Source of the DNA: Nitrososphaera sp.
Lineage (GTDB): Archaea > Thermoproteota > Nitrososphaeria > Nitrososphaerales > Nitrososphaeraceae
NCBI GenBank assembly: GCA_035760305.1
Contig: DASTTF010000078.1
Location: forward strand, 1 to 36,353
DNA: 36,353 nt
Direction of reading: 5' to 3'
A program made the position numbers and the translations under genes. The notes below the pieces were generated by a model. The model worked only from the letters and a program-made list of their open reading frames with translations. It had not been told where the DNA came from and did no database searches. Below are positions 1-8,909 of this stretch, in pieces (position 1 is the first letter of the stretch; every line of letters starts with the position of its first letter).

Positions 1-339
1 TGAAGTTTGGCAATATCCATGCGGCATTGCTCGCTGCAGCGCTAGTGTCTGCAGCCCTTGTTTCAACGGCTGGAAACGGCGCAGCCACGCTGCCGCAAGT
101 GTCAACGTCTACCGTGCACGTTACGAGCCCGACTATACTGAAGGGCTCGATAGCCAACGTCCAGCTTGACGGAGAAGGAAACCCTGAGTGGATCGAGTAG
201 GGGTTCGGGGTCCTGCGCCTGAGGCCGGGCGCGTCTGATTCAGACATGCCGTCGGCCAGCCTGGTGTCCCGGATCTCGATGGTAGGGGTGGACGGCACAC
301 GGCCACGCAATAACCAACTTCACGCTGGCCAGCGCTTCG
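1..339 (+). pseudogene. Disrupted 5' part (signal peptide plus start of an exported domain) of the dienelactone hydrolase fusion gene
   Basis: Frame 3 from position 3 reads KFGNIHAALLAAALVSAALVSTA...GSIANVQLDGEGNPEWIE, then an in-frame TAG at 198-200, then GFGVLRL...SRISMVGVDGT. A frameshift at about 286-300 leads into frame 1 (GHAITNFTLASASMEGN), which is continuous with ORF 340..1278. The start codon is probably cut by the window edge. Confidence 0.6.
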
Positions 340-1278
340 ATGGAAGGCAACACCACCCACGTGTTCGAGGGGGCGGCGACTGTCACAATGAGGGACGGCC
401 CGGTGTCCGGCGTACCGCTTATGATCAAGATATTGAACAACGCGGCGATCGCGATGTGGATCGGGCCGGACAGGATAGACTCGCACTTTGGCATCAACCC
501 CGTCTACGGCACGCTCACCGAGTCTTCAAGGGCAGTCATGGCAGACATGCGCGAAGGCATGGCGATGAATGAAAGGCCGGCCAACGCGACTGGCGCCGTA
601 CTGGAGAGCAGCTCTGTCAACTATTACGGCAACGCGACAGGCTACCTTGTGCAGCCGGAAGGGGAAACCGGCCTGCCCGCGGTGGTCGTGATCCACGAGT
701 GGGGGGGGCTGAACCAGCACATCAAGGACGCGGCTGACAGGCTCGCCGCCGAAGGCTATGTAGTGCTTGCAGCAGACCTGTACAGCAGCGAAGTTGTGAC
801 GATGCCAGAGCGCGCAAGGGAGCTTTCCGGCTCTGTCAGGGGCAACCCCGGCGAAGCCGTAAGCAACCTGAACGCGGCGGTGGAATACGTTTCGTCGCTG
901 CCGAACGTCAACAACTCGCGCGTTGCGGCCCTTGGCTGGTGCTTTGGCGGCGGCTTTTCAATGCAGCTCGCCCTCAATGCTACGCAACCGCTGGCCGCCA
1001 CTGTCATCTACTACGGCAACCTGGTGACTGACGAGGAGCAGCTATCAGTCATAGAGTGGCCGGTGCTCGGCGTGTTTGGCACGGAGGATCAGGCAGTCCC
1101 CGTGGAAACTGCAAGGGAGTTTGACGCGGCGCTCGACTCTGCCGGCGTCATAAACGAGATCTATATCTACGAAGGAGTAGGGCACGCGTTTGCAAACCCG
1201 TCGGGCAGCAACTATGCGCCGGAAGAAACTGCCGACGCGTGGGAAAAGACACTGGCGTTCCTGAGCAAGTACGTGTAG
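340..1278 (+). CDS. Dienelactone hydrolase family protein (alpha/beta hydrolase) with an N-terminal remnant domain
   Basis: Motifs VVIHEWGGLN, nucleophile GWCFGG, FGTEDQAVP and YEGVGHAFAN. Confidence 0.9.
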   Translation: MEGNTTHVFEGAATVTMRDGPVSGVPLMIKILNNAAIAMWIGPDRIDSHFGINPVYGTLTESSRAVMADMREGMAMNERPANATGAVLESSSVNYYGNATGYLVQPEGETGLPAVVVIHEWGGLNQHIKDAADRLAAEGYVVLAADLYSSEVVTMPERARELSGSVRGNPGEAVSNLNAAVEYVSSLPNVNNSRVAALGWCFGGGFSMQLALNATQPLAATVIYYGNLVTDEEQLSVIEWPVLGVFGTEDQAVPVETAREFDAALDSAGVINEIYIYEGVGHAFANPSGSNYAPEETADAWEKTLAFLSKYV

Positions 1279-1297
1279 GGCGACGGCCCCTTTCTTT

Positions 1298-2545
1298 TTA
1301 TTCTCTTCTGAGCGCCACTATTGGCGGCAATCTCGACGCCTTCCACGCGGGGTAGCTGCCTGCGAGGATTGAAAGCCCGACCGAAAGCCCCCACACGCTT
1401 GCAAGGTCCGTCGGCAGGAAGACCGGCGTCAGCCCTGAAGAGCCGGGGTCCTGTCCCGCAAAGCCGGCGACGAGCACAAAGCCGCCTGCTATGCCGAGCC
1501 CCAAACCGAGGGTCGCGCCGAACACGCCTATTATCAGGGCTTCTGAGAGGAACAGAGCAAGGATTAAGCCCTTCTGGGCGCCTATCGCCTTCATCGTGCC
1601 GATCTCCCTGATCCTCTCCATCACCGATGTGTAGAGGGTGGTGATGATGCCGACGCCTCCGACAAGCAGGGCGACGAGCGCGATGCTCAGGATAAATGAC
1701 GTAAAGCCCGCCGTGAATTCTTGGATGGTCTCCAGAATTGCAGTCGCGGTTGTGATCCCGATGTCATTGCCATAGAGGCTCCTTATCTCCTCTTCTACGA
1801 TTTCGACGTACTCGCCAGACTCGGCAGCGACCAGCAGCGTGTCATACTTGTTGGCCTTTTCCAGCAGCGCGTTTCCCGAAATCCTGTTGAACACCACCGC
1901 GTTGTCTATGGTCGGGTTGCCGGTGGGCTCCATTATGCCGCTGACCACAAAGCTCTTTGAATTTTCTTCCTGCTTGCCCGTGTCGGCGTTGACGAACGAG
2001 TACGTCACCCTGATGGTCTGGCCGACCACCGCAAAGGGCGAGGACTCGCCGGGCGGGTTTGCCACGCTGTCTGAAAGGATTATCGCTGACGGGTCGTTCT
2101 GCCGGATGGTCGAGCCTTCGACGAACTCTAGCGTCGGCGCAATCACAAAGAGCTTTTGCGGGTCGATTGAAAACACGGTCGTGTCCTCGGACCTGCCCCT
2201 CGACTCTAGCGTGATCTGAGCCTGGTACGAAGGTACGACCTCGTCCACAAAGGGGAGGGAACTTATCCTGCTCACCACCGCCTCGTTGAGTGTGATTTTC
2301 GGCGCCGGCGGAGGTCCTCCGCCAAGAGGGCCGGCGTTTTCCGCCTGCGCGCTTGTCACAAAGATGATGTTTGGGGCAAGCTGGCTGAACTGGTCGTCAA
2401 TGAACGCCCCAAAGCCGGCGCCAAGGCCGTTGAGCGCGGTCATCAGGGCGCTCCCGACGACTACCATGAGCACAGTCAATGCCGACCGGGTTTTCCTTTC
2501 CTTCAGCGCGTCAAATGATAGCGAAAAAACCTGAAAGATGTTCAT
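1298..2545 (-). CDS. ABC transporter permease, MacB/FtsX family
   Basis: N-terminal TM after RKTRSALT, a large extracytoplasmic domain, SVMERIREIGTMKAIGA, and C-terminal YPAWKASRLPPIVALRRE. Confidence 0.93.
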   Translation of the reverse strand: MNIFQVFSLSFDALKERKTRSALTVLMVVVGSALMTALNGLGAGFGAFIDDQFSQLAPNIIFVTSAQAENAGPLGGGPPPAPKITLNEAVVSRISSLPFVDEVVPSYQAQITLESRGRSEDTTVFSIDPQKLFVIAPTLEFVEGSTIRQNDPSAIILSDSVANPPGESSPFAVVGQTIRVTYSFVNADTGKQEENSKSFVVSGIMEPTGNPTIDNAVVFNRISGNALLEKANKYDTLLVAAESGEYVEIVEEEIRSLYGNDIGITTATAILETIQEFTAGFTSFILSIALVALLVGGVGIITTLYTSVMERIREIGTMKAIGAQKGLILALFLSEALIIGVFGATLGLGLGIAGGFVLVAGFAGQDPGSSGLTPVFLPTDLASVWGLSVGLSILAGSYPAWKASRLPPIVALRRE

Positions 2546-3936
2546 TTGCGATCGTCTTTCTTGTTGTGGCTGTCAAGGACAGATTCGATGTCGTCGTCCT
2601 GCTTGCCTGCCTGGATCGTGCGCTTCAGGGAAGTCTTTTTCCTCCTCTTGATGGCCACGCCCGCGCCTATCGCCACGGCGACCGCCGCGCCGATGCCAAG
2701 CGGCAGGGTCATCATGCTGCCGTCCTGCCCGGACTCGTCAGCAGGCTGCTCTGGCACAAACTCGACTTCTGAATCAATGTCGAGCGTGTGGAGCTCCCTG
2801 AGGTTATCCTTGTACGTCACCTGCAGCGAAACCGGGTACATGCCTGCGCTGCTGTTGTTGTCAATGTTTACAGGTATGCTGAATGGCAGGGGCGAGTTCT
2901 CTTCGAGGTCGCCGAGGTACTGCGACGGAGGCAGGCTCGATACCAGGTTTTCAGCGCCGACAAGCTCGACGGTGGTAAAGAGCGCGACAGTGTTGCCCTC
3001 GTTCAGCAGGTTGCCCACAATGTTGGGGGTGCCGCCGATATAGTTGACCTCGATTTCATAGGCCATTATGCTGATCTCTCCAGCGACGTAGGTTCCAAGC
3101 GTGAACCTTTCGGTGCTTGGCTGCCCGTTCGATGAATATTCCACCGTCACGTCAAACGAGGCCGGGCTTCCAATTAGCGCGTTTGCCGCAAAGACTTTTG
3201 TAGCCAGATCGACCTGTGAGTCTTCCTCGATTCTCTGTATGTCCCATTTCGAGTCACCGAGTATCTCCAGAGACTCTGAAGCGGATTCCATGGTTACGAC
3301 GACGCTTGTTATGGGAGCCGTTCCACTGTTTGCCACGCTGAACGAATAGTCTTCAATCTTGCCGGCGGAAATCTGGGTGCTGCTCTGGTTTTCATTGCCG
3401 GTCGTCCTGCTCAAAGTCAGGATGGCGTCGCCTGTCACTCTGAACGGGACATCCATCTCTGAATTTCTTGGAGTACCAGTCTCAAAGACCCTTGAATAAT
3501 CCACCGAAAGCCTCGCGGTATATTCGCCAACATTCGCAGCGTCGAGCACGTCCACGTCAAAAAAGAGGGTAAACGGATTCCCAACTTCTGCAACCTGGTT
3601 GAAGGTGGCGACTGCTGCAGATCCGGCTGACTTGCCTGTTGCCTGAAAGTCATCTGGAAGCGACAGCCGGCCGGTGATCCCTGCAATGTCGGATGGGCCC
3701 CTGTTTATCAGGACTACTGCAAGGGTGGAAGTGCCGTCGCCGGAGCCGACGTCCACTTCTGCGCCGGTCTGGTTGCCAACAGAGCCTAACGTCCAGTATG
3801 AGTCGAGATACACCGGCCCGCTATACTTGGACTCGATGATCTCTTCTCTGGTCGGGCCGCGCTCTTGTGCGTAAACGCCGGCAGGTATCAAAAACATTGC
3901 CGCTGCAAGCAGCGCGAAGATTATTATCGTGCGCAT
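2542..3936 (-). CDS. COG1361-like S-layer/Ig-domain surface protein, membrane anchored
   Basis: Signal peptide, repeated beta-rich modules (INRG, ANSG, LNEG; GEY/GMYPVSLQVTYKD) and a C-terminal TM followed by KRRKK. Translationally coupled between the ABC ATPase and permease. Confidence 0.75.
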   Translation of the reverse strand: MRTIIIFALLAAAMFLIPAGVYAQERGPTREEIIESKYSGPVYLDSYWTLGSVGNQTGAEVDVGSGDGTSTLAVVLINRGPSDIAGITGRLSLPDDFQATGKSAGSAAVATFNQVAEVGNPFTLFFDVDVLDAANVGEYTARLSVDYSRVFETGTPRNSEMDVPFRVTGDAILTLSRTTGNENQSSTQISAGKIEDYSFSVANSGTAPITSVVVTMESASESLEILGDSKWDIQRIEEDSQVDLATKVFAANALIGSPASFDVTVEYSSNGQPSTERFTLGTYVAGEISIMAYEIEVNYIGGTPNIVGNLLNEGNTVALFTTVELVGAENLVSSLPPSQYLGDLEENSPLPFSIPVNIDNNSSAGMYPVSLQVTYKDNLRELHTLDIDSEVEFVPEQPADESGQDGSMMTLPLGIGAAVAVAIGAGVAIKRRKKTSLKRTIQAGKQDDDIESVLDSHNKKDDRK

Positions 3937-4655
3937 CAGTGGTACACGACCTCCTTTTCGACCATGCCGTCTCTGATGAATATCGCCCTGTCGGTGGCCT
4001 CTGCAAGCTCGGGGTTGTGCGTCACCATCACTACGGTGCGCCTGAACTTATTTGAGAGCATCTTGAGCAGGTCGAATACCTCATGCCCTGTCTTTGTGTC
4101 GAGGTTGCCGGTGGGCTCGTCTGCAAGGATCATCGCCGGGTCGTTCATGAGCGCCCGTGCTATGGCGACCCTCTGCTGCTGACCACCGCTCAGGCTGGAC
4201 GGCTTGAAGCGCGCCTTCTCGCTGATGCCTAGGACGTCAAGGATTTTCATTGCGCGCTGCTGCTTTTTGGTGCCTTCCATGCCTGACAGGATCGCCGGGA
4301 GCTGGACGTTCTTCAGGACAGTCGTCCTGTTTATCAGGTTGTAAGACTGGAAGATAAATCCGATAAGATGGTTCCTCAGGGTGGCAAGCTCGGAATCGCT
4401 CAGCGAAAATACGTCGACGCCGTTTATGAACACCTTTCCCGACGTGGGCCGGTCGAGCGCACCTATCATGTTGAGCAACGTCGACTTGCCGCTGCCGGAG
4501 GGGCCGACGATTGCGACAAACTCGCCCTTTTTTATCGAAAGGTTCACGCCGCGGAGTGCCGCGACCCTGCCTGCAGCGGACTCGAATACCTTGACAATGT
4601 TTTCAACCTGGAGAACTATAGAATCTCCGCTTCCGTCTGCATTCTTGCTAGCCAA
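3936..4655 (-). CDS. ABC transporter ATP-binding protein, LolD/MacB-like
   Basis: Walker A GPSGSGKST, signature LSGGQQQRVAIARA, Walker B ILADEPTGNLD and H-loop VTHN. Confidence 0.96.
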   Translation of the reverse strand: MASKNADGSGDSIVLQVENIVKVFESAAGRVAALRGVNLSIKKGEFVAIVGPSGSGKSTLLNMIGALDRPTSGKVFINGVDVFSLSDSELATLRNHLIGFIFQSYNLINRTTVLKNVQLPAILSGMEGTKKQQRAMKILDVLGISEKARFKPSSLSGGQQQRVAIARALMNDPAMILADEPTGNLDTKTGHEVFDLLKMLSNKFRRTVVMVTHNPELAEATDRAIFIRDGMVEKEVVYH

Positions 4656-4684
4656 GCGTCATATAGAAATTGGCGTCCGTCTAA

Positions 4685-4719
4685 TAAGGATAACTGACTG
4701 GTCAGTCAGTTTTTCCTTA
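4685..4719. promoter_or_regulatory. Palindromic operator in the divergent ABC operon/YHS intergenic region
   Basis: Perfect inverted repeat AACTGACTG-gt-CAGTCAGTT (4692-4711) with outer arms TAAGGA (4685-4690) and TCCTTA (4714-4719). It abuts a minus-strand TATA-like TTATTAGA about 25-30 nt upstream of the ABC ATPase start. Confidence 0.7.
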
Positions 4720-4785
4720 CCAGACAACGAACCTAGAGTTATTCGGTGGCAAAAATTAAATACACATGCGCGATGCTGGATGGTG

Positions 4786-4926
4786 ATGCCCGTCGATCCC
4801 GTCTGCGGAATTGAAATGGATCAGGAACTTGCGGTGAGCCACGATCACCGCGGCAAGACCTACTACTTTTGCTGCGAAGGCTGCAAGAGGATCTTTGTGA
4901 AAAAGCCTGGCAAGTATTCAAAGTGA
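4786..4926 (+). CDS. Stand-alone YHS/TRASH domain protein (46 aa)
   Basis: MPVDPVCGIEM...GKTYYFCCEGCKRIFVKKPGKY, with TATA-like AAATTAAATA at 4753-4762 upstream. It is the 3' end of track ORF 4381..4926, whose remainder is antisense shadow. Confidence 0.88.
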   Translation: MPVDPVCGIEMDQELAVSHDHRGKTYYFCCEGCKRIFVKKPGKYSK

Positions 4927-5868
4927 TTCTGGCGCAACCGGAAATGCGCCGCACGTCCGGCAGAACCTGCCGTCAGGCGTCATGCACCCGTGACATTGGG
5001 GGCAGCGCGACTTGCAATCCTCCTCTTTTGGCGGCGGGAAGTAGCTCCTGAAGATCGCGTAATAGTGCAGGTGCTCCTTGCTCCTTATTACGACGTCGTC
5101 CAGCTCTTTCGCTATCCTCGTCTTGTTTGCAAACGTCAGGTCGTCGATCATTTCTTCGATGTGATGCTGGTACCTGTCTGTGGCCGCACCCTGCTCCTGC
5201 GCCAGCTTGGGTCTCCACGCAAGGTCGCCAAGCGTCGCCTCAAAGCACTTTCTCAGGATGAACTTGCCCCACTTGCTGCCTCCATGCTCGCCCACCCTGT
5301 CGTCCGCGCTCAGTGATTTTGCAAACGATGCAAATTCTTCGTCAAGGAAGGGTATCTTTACTTTTACGTCGGCGTGCTCGCCCAGTTTTCTTGACGAAAA
5401 GTGCATGACCTGCCAGAGCCGGCGCAGTTCTGAATCAAGCCTTTGCGGATCAGAGTAATATCGGGCAAGGTAGTTGTAGCCGGCGAATAGCTCGTCGCCG
5501 CCGTCTCCAGTCATTATCGTCGAATGGCCGTCGCTTTTCGCCTGCTCGATGCCGGCAAGCGCGACTACAGAATTCCTGATCTCTATCGGGTCGAACGTCT
5601 TGAATATCTGTATCGCCTGCTCGACCAGCTCTGCCATCCTGTTCTGGTCGAAAACGACTTCGACGTGGCGCCCGCTGTATTTGCCTGCGGCCTGCCTAGC
5701 ATAGACAAGGTCCGGCGCATCTGCGCCAAAGCCGGCAGCCACGGAATATTCCGGGCGCAGTATGCTTGCTAGGATGCTGCTGTCAAGCCCGCCAGAGAGC
5801 AGCAGCGCGTCCGCGCGGTTCCGCTCCACGCTTTCCATTAGCAGCCTGACGAGCTGTTCGCAATGCAA
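4918..5868 (-). CDS. Asparagine synthase C-terminal (PP-loop ATP pyrophosphatase) domain protein with a C-terminal zinc ribbon
   Basis: LLLSGGLDSS, MTGDGGDELFAGY, IPFLD, KFILRK and WRPK motifs, with C-terminal CPQC...CRTCG. No glutaminase domain. Confidence 0.85.
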   Translation of the reverse strand: MHCEQLVRLLMESVERNRADALLLSGGLDSSILASILRPEYSVAAGFGADAPDLVYARQAAGKYSGRHVEVVFDQNRMAELVEQAIQIFKTFDPIEIRNSVVALAGIEQAKSDGHSTIMTGDGGDELFAGYNYLARYYSDPQRLDSELRRLWQVMHFSSRKLGEHADVKVKIPFLDEEFASFAKSLSADDRVGEHGGSKWGKFILRKCFEATLGDLAWRPKLAQEQGAATDRYQHHIEEMIDDLTFANKTRIAKELDDVVIRSKEHLHYYAIFRSYFPPPKEEDCKSRCPQCHGCMTPDGRFCRTCGAFPVAPESL

Positions 5869-5891
5869 TACAGGAGAAAACAGGGCAGTGC

Positions 5892-6305
5892 TTATTCTTC
5901 TTTGCCGTTCTCTGGCGGCGCTTCACAAAACTCGGTCAGCACGCCGTGTAGCGACTTGGGGTGTATGAACGTGATCCTGCGGCCGTACGAGCCACTGCGC
6001 AGGCCTCCGAGCATCTTCATGCCGTTGGCAGACGCCCTTGCCACGTCCTTTTCAATGTCGTCTGCGGTGATTGCGATGTGGTGGATGCCTTCGCCGCGCT
6101 CTTCCAAGAACTTTGATATCGGGCTGTCCGGCGACGTCGGCTCCATGAGCTCGATCCTAGTGTCTTCGAGCATAAGCATCGCGACCCTGACCTTTTCGGT
6201 TGGCACTTCTTCAATCTCCAGATGATCGACATTCAGTATCTTTTGGTAGTTCTTCAGTGCCTCTTCGACGTTCTTTACGGCTATGGCGATGTGGTCGACC
6301 CGCAT
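5892..6305 (-). CDS. mce: Methylmalonyl-CoA epimerase
   Basis: VOC fold: DHIAIAV, IELMEP, EGIHHIA, FIHPKSLHGVLTEF. Directly downstream of the mutase. Confidence 0.95.
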   Translation of the reverse strand: MRVDHIAIAVKNVEEALKNYQKILNVDHLEIEEVPTEKVRVAMLMLEDTRIELMEPTSPDSPISKFLEERGEGIHHIAITADDIEKDVARASANGMKMLGGLRSGSYGRRITFIHPKSLHGVLTEFCEAPPENGKEE

Positions 6306-6346
6306 TTTACATCATATTTTGCTCGTTTTGGTTTATTTAACATATC

Positions 6347-7939
6347 CTAGAACGATATTTTGGGCTCGTACCTGCCAAAGACCGCGCGGAGCGTGCCGCT
6401 TATTTCGCCAAGCGTGCTGTAGCTCTTTACCGTGTTGATGATGTGCGGCATCAGGTTCTCCTCCCTTTCGGCGGCCCCCTGCAGCTGCGACAGCGCGTGA
6501 TCAACCTTTGCCCTATCTCGGGTGCTCTTTAATTCTTTGAGCCTGGCGACCTGCCTGTTCTCTATCTCTTGGTCTATCCTGTTGAGCTTTGGCTCGACGT
6601 CGTGCGCGTCTTGGTACTTGTTGACGCCAACTATTACGCGCCTGTTTTCGTCGATCTCCTTCTTTAGCTTGTAGGCGTTGTTCCTGATCTCTTCCTGGAA
6701 GAATCCCTTTTCAACCGCGACCAGCGCGCCGCCCATCCTGTCTATCTTTTTGAGGTACTTGCTCACCTCGTCCTCTATCCTGCTAGTCAGGTACTCGACA
6801 TAGTGCGAGCCGGCCATCGGGTCTACCGTCTTTATCACTCCTGTTTCGCTTGATATTATCTGCTGGGTGCGGAGCGCCACCTTGACCGACTCTTCCGTCG
6901 GGAGGGCCAGCGCCTCGTCCCTTGAATTTGTGTGCAGCGACTGGCAGCCGCCGAGCACCGCTGCCAGCGCCTCAGTCGCGACCCTGACGATGTTGTTGTC
7001 GACCTGCTGCGCGGTCAGCGACTCGCCGGACGTCTGGACATGGAAGCGCAGGTGCATCGACTTTGCGTCCTTTGCGTGGAAGCGCTCTTTCATTATCTTT
7101 GCATATATGCGCCGTGCCGCCCTGAATTTCGCAATTTCTTCAAAGAACTCCATCGTGCAGCAGAAAAAGAACGAAAGCCGGGGCGCAAAGTCGTCAACCT
7201 TCATGCCCCTCGCGGTACAGGTCTCAATGTATTCGATCGCGTTTGCAAACGTGAACGCCAGCTCCTGCACGGCGTTGCACCCTGCCTCCCTCATATGGTA
7301 GCCGGAGATGCTAATTGGGTACCACTGCGGCACCTTTTTTGAGCAGTATTCGATCATGTCGCCTATCAGGCGCATCGACGGCTTGGGCGGGTAGATGTAG
7401 GTGTTACGGGCAATGTATTCCTTCAGGATGTCGTTCTGGGTCGTGCCGCGCAGCTGGTCCGGCGACACGCCCTGCGACTCTGCGACGGTGATGTAGAGCG
7501 ACAATAAAGTCGAAGCAGTGGAATTGATGGTCATCGACGTGCTGACCTTGTCAAGCGGGATTCCGTCAAAGCAGGTCAGCATGTCCTTTATCGAGCTGAT
7601 TGCGACTCCAGTCCTGCCGACCTCGCCGTCAGACTGCGGGTCGTCCGAGTCCCTGCCTGTCTGCGTCGGCAGGTCAAACGCAAGGGACAGCCCCGTCTGG
7701 CCGTGGTCGAGGAGGAACTTGAAGCGCTTGTTGGTCTCCTCTGCGCTGCCAAAGCCGCTGTACTGGCGCATAGTCCACACGCGCTCGCGGTACATGTTGG
7801 GATACAATCCCCGCGTAAACGGGTACTTGCCGGGCTCTTCGTCGTGCCGGCCGTCGTATTTTGCAAGGTCCTTCTTTCTGTAGGCGCGCTTTACCGGGAT
7901 GTTTGAATCAGTCTTGAAATTCTCGGCTGGTTTTGCCAT
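6347..7939 (-). CDS. mcmA1: Methylmalonyl-CoA mutase, large (substrate-binding) subunit
   Basis: PGKYPFTRG, WTMRQYSGF, GLSLAFDLPTQ, GTTQNDILKEYIAR, SISGYHMREAG and SLHTNSRDEA. Start is ATG at 7939 or GTG at 7948. Confidence 0.96.
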   Translation of the reverse strand: MAKPAENFKTDSNIPVKRAYRKKDLAKYDGRHDEEPGKYPFTRGLYPNMYRERVWTMRQYSGFGSAEETNKRFKFLLDHGQTGLSLAFDLPTQTGRDSDDPQSDGEVGRTGVAISSIKDMLTCFDGIPLDKVSTSMTINSTASTLLSLYITVAESQGVSPDQLRGTTQNDILKEYIARNTYIYPPKPSMRLIGDMIEYCSKKVPQWYPISISGYHMREAGCNAVQELAFTFANAIEYIETCTARGMKVDDFAPRLSFFFCCTMEFFEEIAKFRAARRIYAKIMKERFHAKDAKSMHLRFHVQTSGESLTAQQVDNNIVRVATEALAAVLGGCQSLHTNSRDEALALPTEESVKVALRTQQIISSETGVIKTVDPMAGSHYVEYLTSRIEDEVSKYLKKIDRMGGALVAVEKGFFQEEIRNNAYKLKKEIDENRRVIVGVNKYQDAHDVEPKLNRIDQEIENRQVARLKELKSTRDRAKVDHALSQLQGAAEREENLMPHIINTVKSYSTLGEISGTLRAVFGRYEPKISF

Positions 7940-7944
7940 AATGA

Positions 7945-8892
7945 TCACCTGAAAAAGCCGGCGGCCAGCTCTTCTGCTGCCGCGTAGGGGTCGATCTCTT
8001 TCTTTGCCAGCTTTTCAACAAACTCTGAATATTTCCTGCTGCCCGCAAGCATTGACGAAGCCTTTTTCTCAACCATATTTAAAACCATGTTCCTCAACTC
8101 GTCCTCCAGCATCTTTCTCTCGCGTTCTTTATAATTAATGCTTTTTTCCTTTAGTAATTTATCAATACCCTTGGCTAGTTCGTGGACACCCCTGCCGGTC
8201 TTGGCGGACGCCTTGAGCACCGCCGGCTTGCGTTCCGTGTCGCCTATCAGGTCTACTATGGTGTTGTACAATGCTGGAGCGCCTTCAAGGTCGGACTTGT
8301 TGACGACGTAAATGTCGCCAATTTCCGTCAGCCCTGCCTTTACCGCCTGCACGTTGTCGCCCGTGTGCGGCGTAAAGACGACCACCGTCAGGTCGACCAC
8401 CCTAGATATCTCCACTTCGAGCTGACCCGCGCCGACGCTTTCGACCAGCACGAGGCTATAGCCGGCCGCGTCCAGAATCCTGATCGCGTTCCGCAGAGAC
8501 TTTGACACTCCTCCCACTGCGCCCCTCGACGCCATGCTCCTCATGAACACCTTTTCGTCGTCAAGGTTGCCCTGCATCCTGACCCTGTCACCCAGTATCG
8601 CGCCCCCTGTTATCGGGCTCGTCGGGTCGACCGCAAGGACTGCAACCCTGTATCGGAGCGCCTGGCATTCGGGAATCAGCTTGCCGACAAGCGAGCTCTT
8701 GCCCGCCCCGCCCGGCCCGGTGAACCCCACGGTCCTTGCCTTGCCGGTTTTGGAAAAGATCTGCTTTATTATTTCGCGGGATTCGGGCTCGTCGTTGTCA
8801 ACAATTGAAATGGCCCTTGCAAGGGCGCGCCGCTCTCCCGCAAGCAGGCCCTTTACTATTGGGAGCACTCCACGGGGTTGTATTGCGTGCAA
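7945..8892 (-). CDS. meaB: Methylmalonyl-CoA mutase-associated GTPase MeaB
   Basis: GFTGPGGAGKSS, AVDPTSPITGGAILGDRVRM, ESVGAGQ and VVNKSD. Exact start uncertain. Confidence 0.95.
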   Translation of the reverse strand: MHAIQPRGVLPIVKGLLAGERRALARAISIVDNDEPESREIIKQIFSKTGKARTVGFTGPGGAGKSSLVGKLIPECQALRYRVAVLAVDPTSPITGGAILGDRVRMQGNLDDEKVFMRSMASRGAVGGVSKSLRNAIRILDAAGYSLVLVESVGAGQLEVEISRVVDLTVVVFTPHTGDNVQAVKAGLTEIGDIYVVNKSDLEGAPALYNTIVDLIGDTERKPAVLKASAKTGRGVHELAKGIDKLLKEKSINYKERERKMLEDELRNMVLNMVEKKASSMLAGSRKYSEFVEKLAKKEIDPYAAAEELAAGFFR

Positions 8893-8909
8893 TATTAACG
8901 AATTCTTGG

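Noticed and set aside
198-200. In-frame TAG as pyrrolysine or programmed readthrough
   Set aside because: It is accompanied by a nearby frameshift, and there is no pyl machinery in view or expected in this lineage. Decay or sequencing error is simpler.
4381-4785. 181-aa ORF with a C-terminal YHS domain
   Set aside because: The 5' part is the antisense shadow of the ABC ATPase plus promoter DNA. The real gene starts at 4786 (or 4780) after a TATA box.
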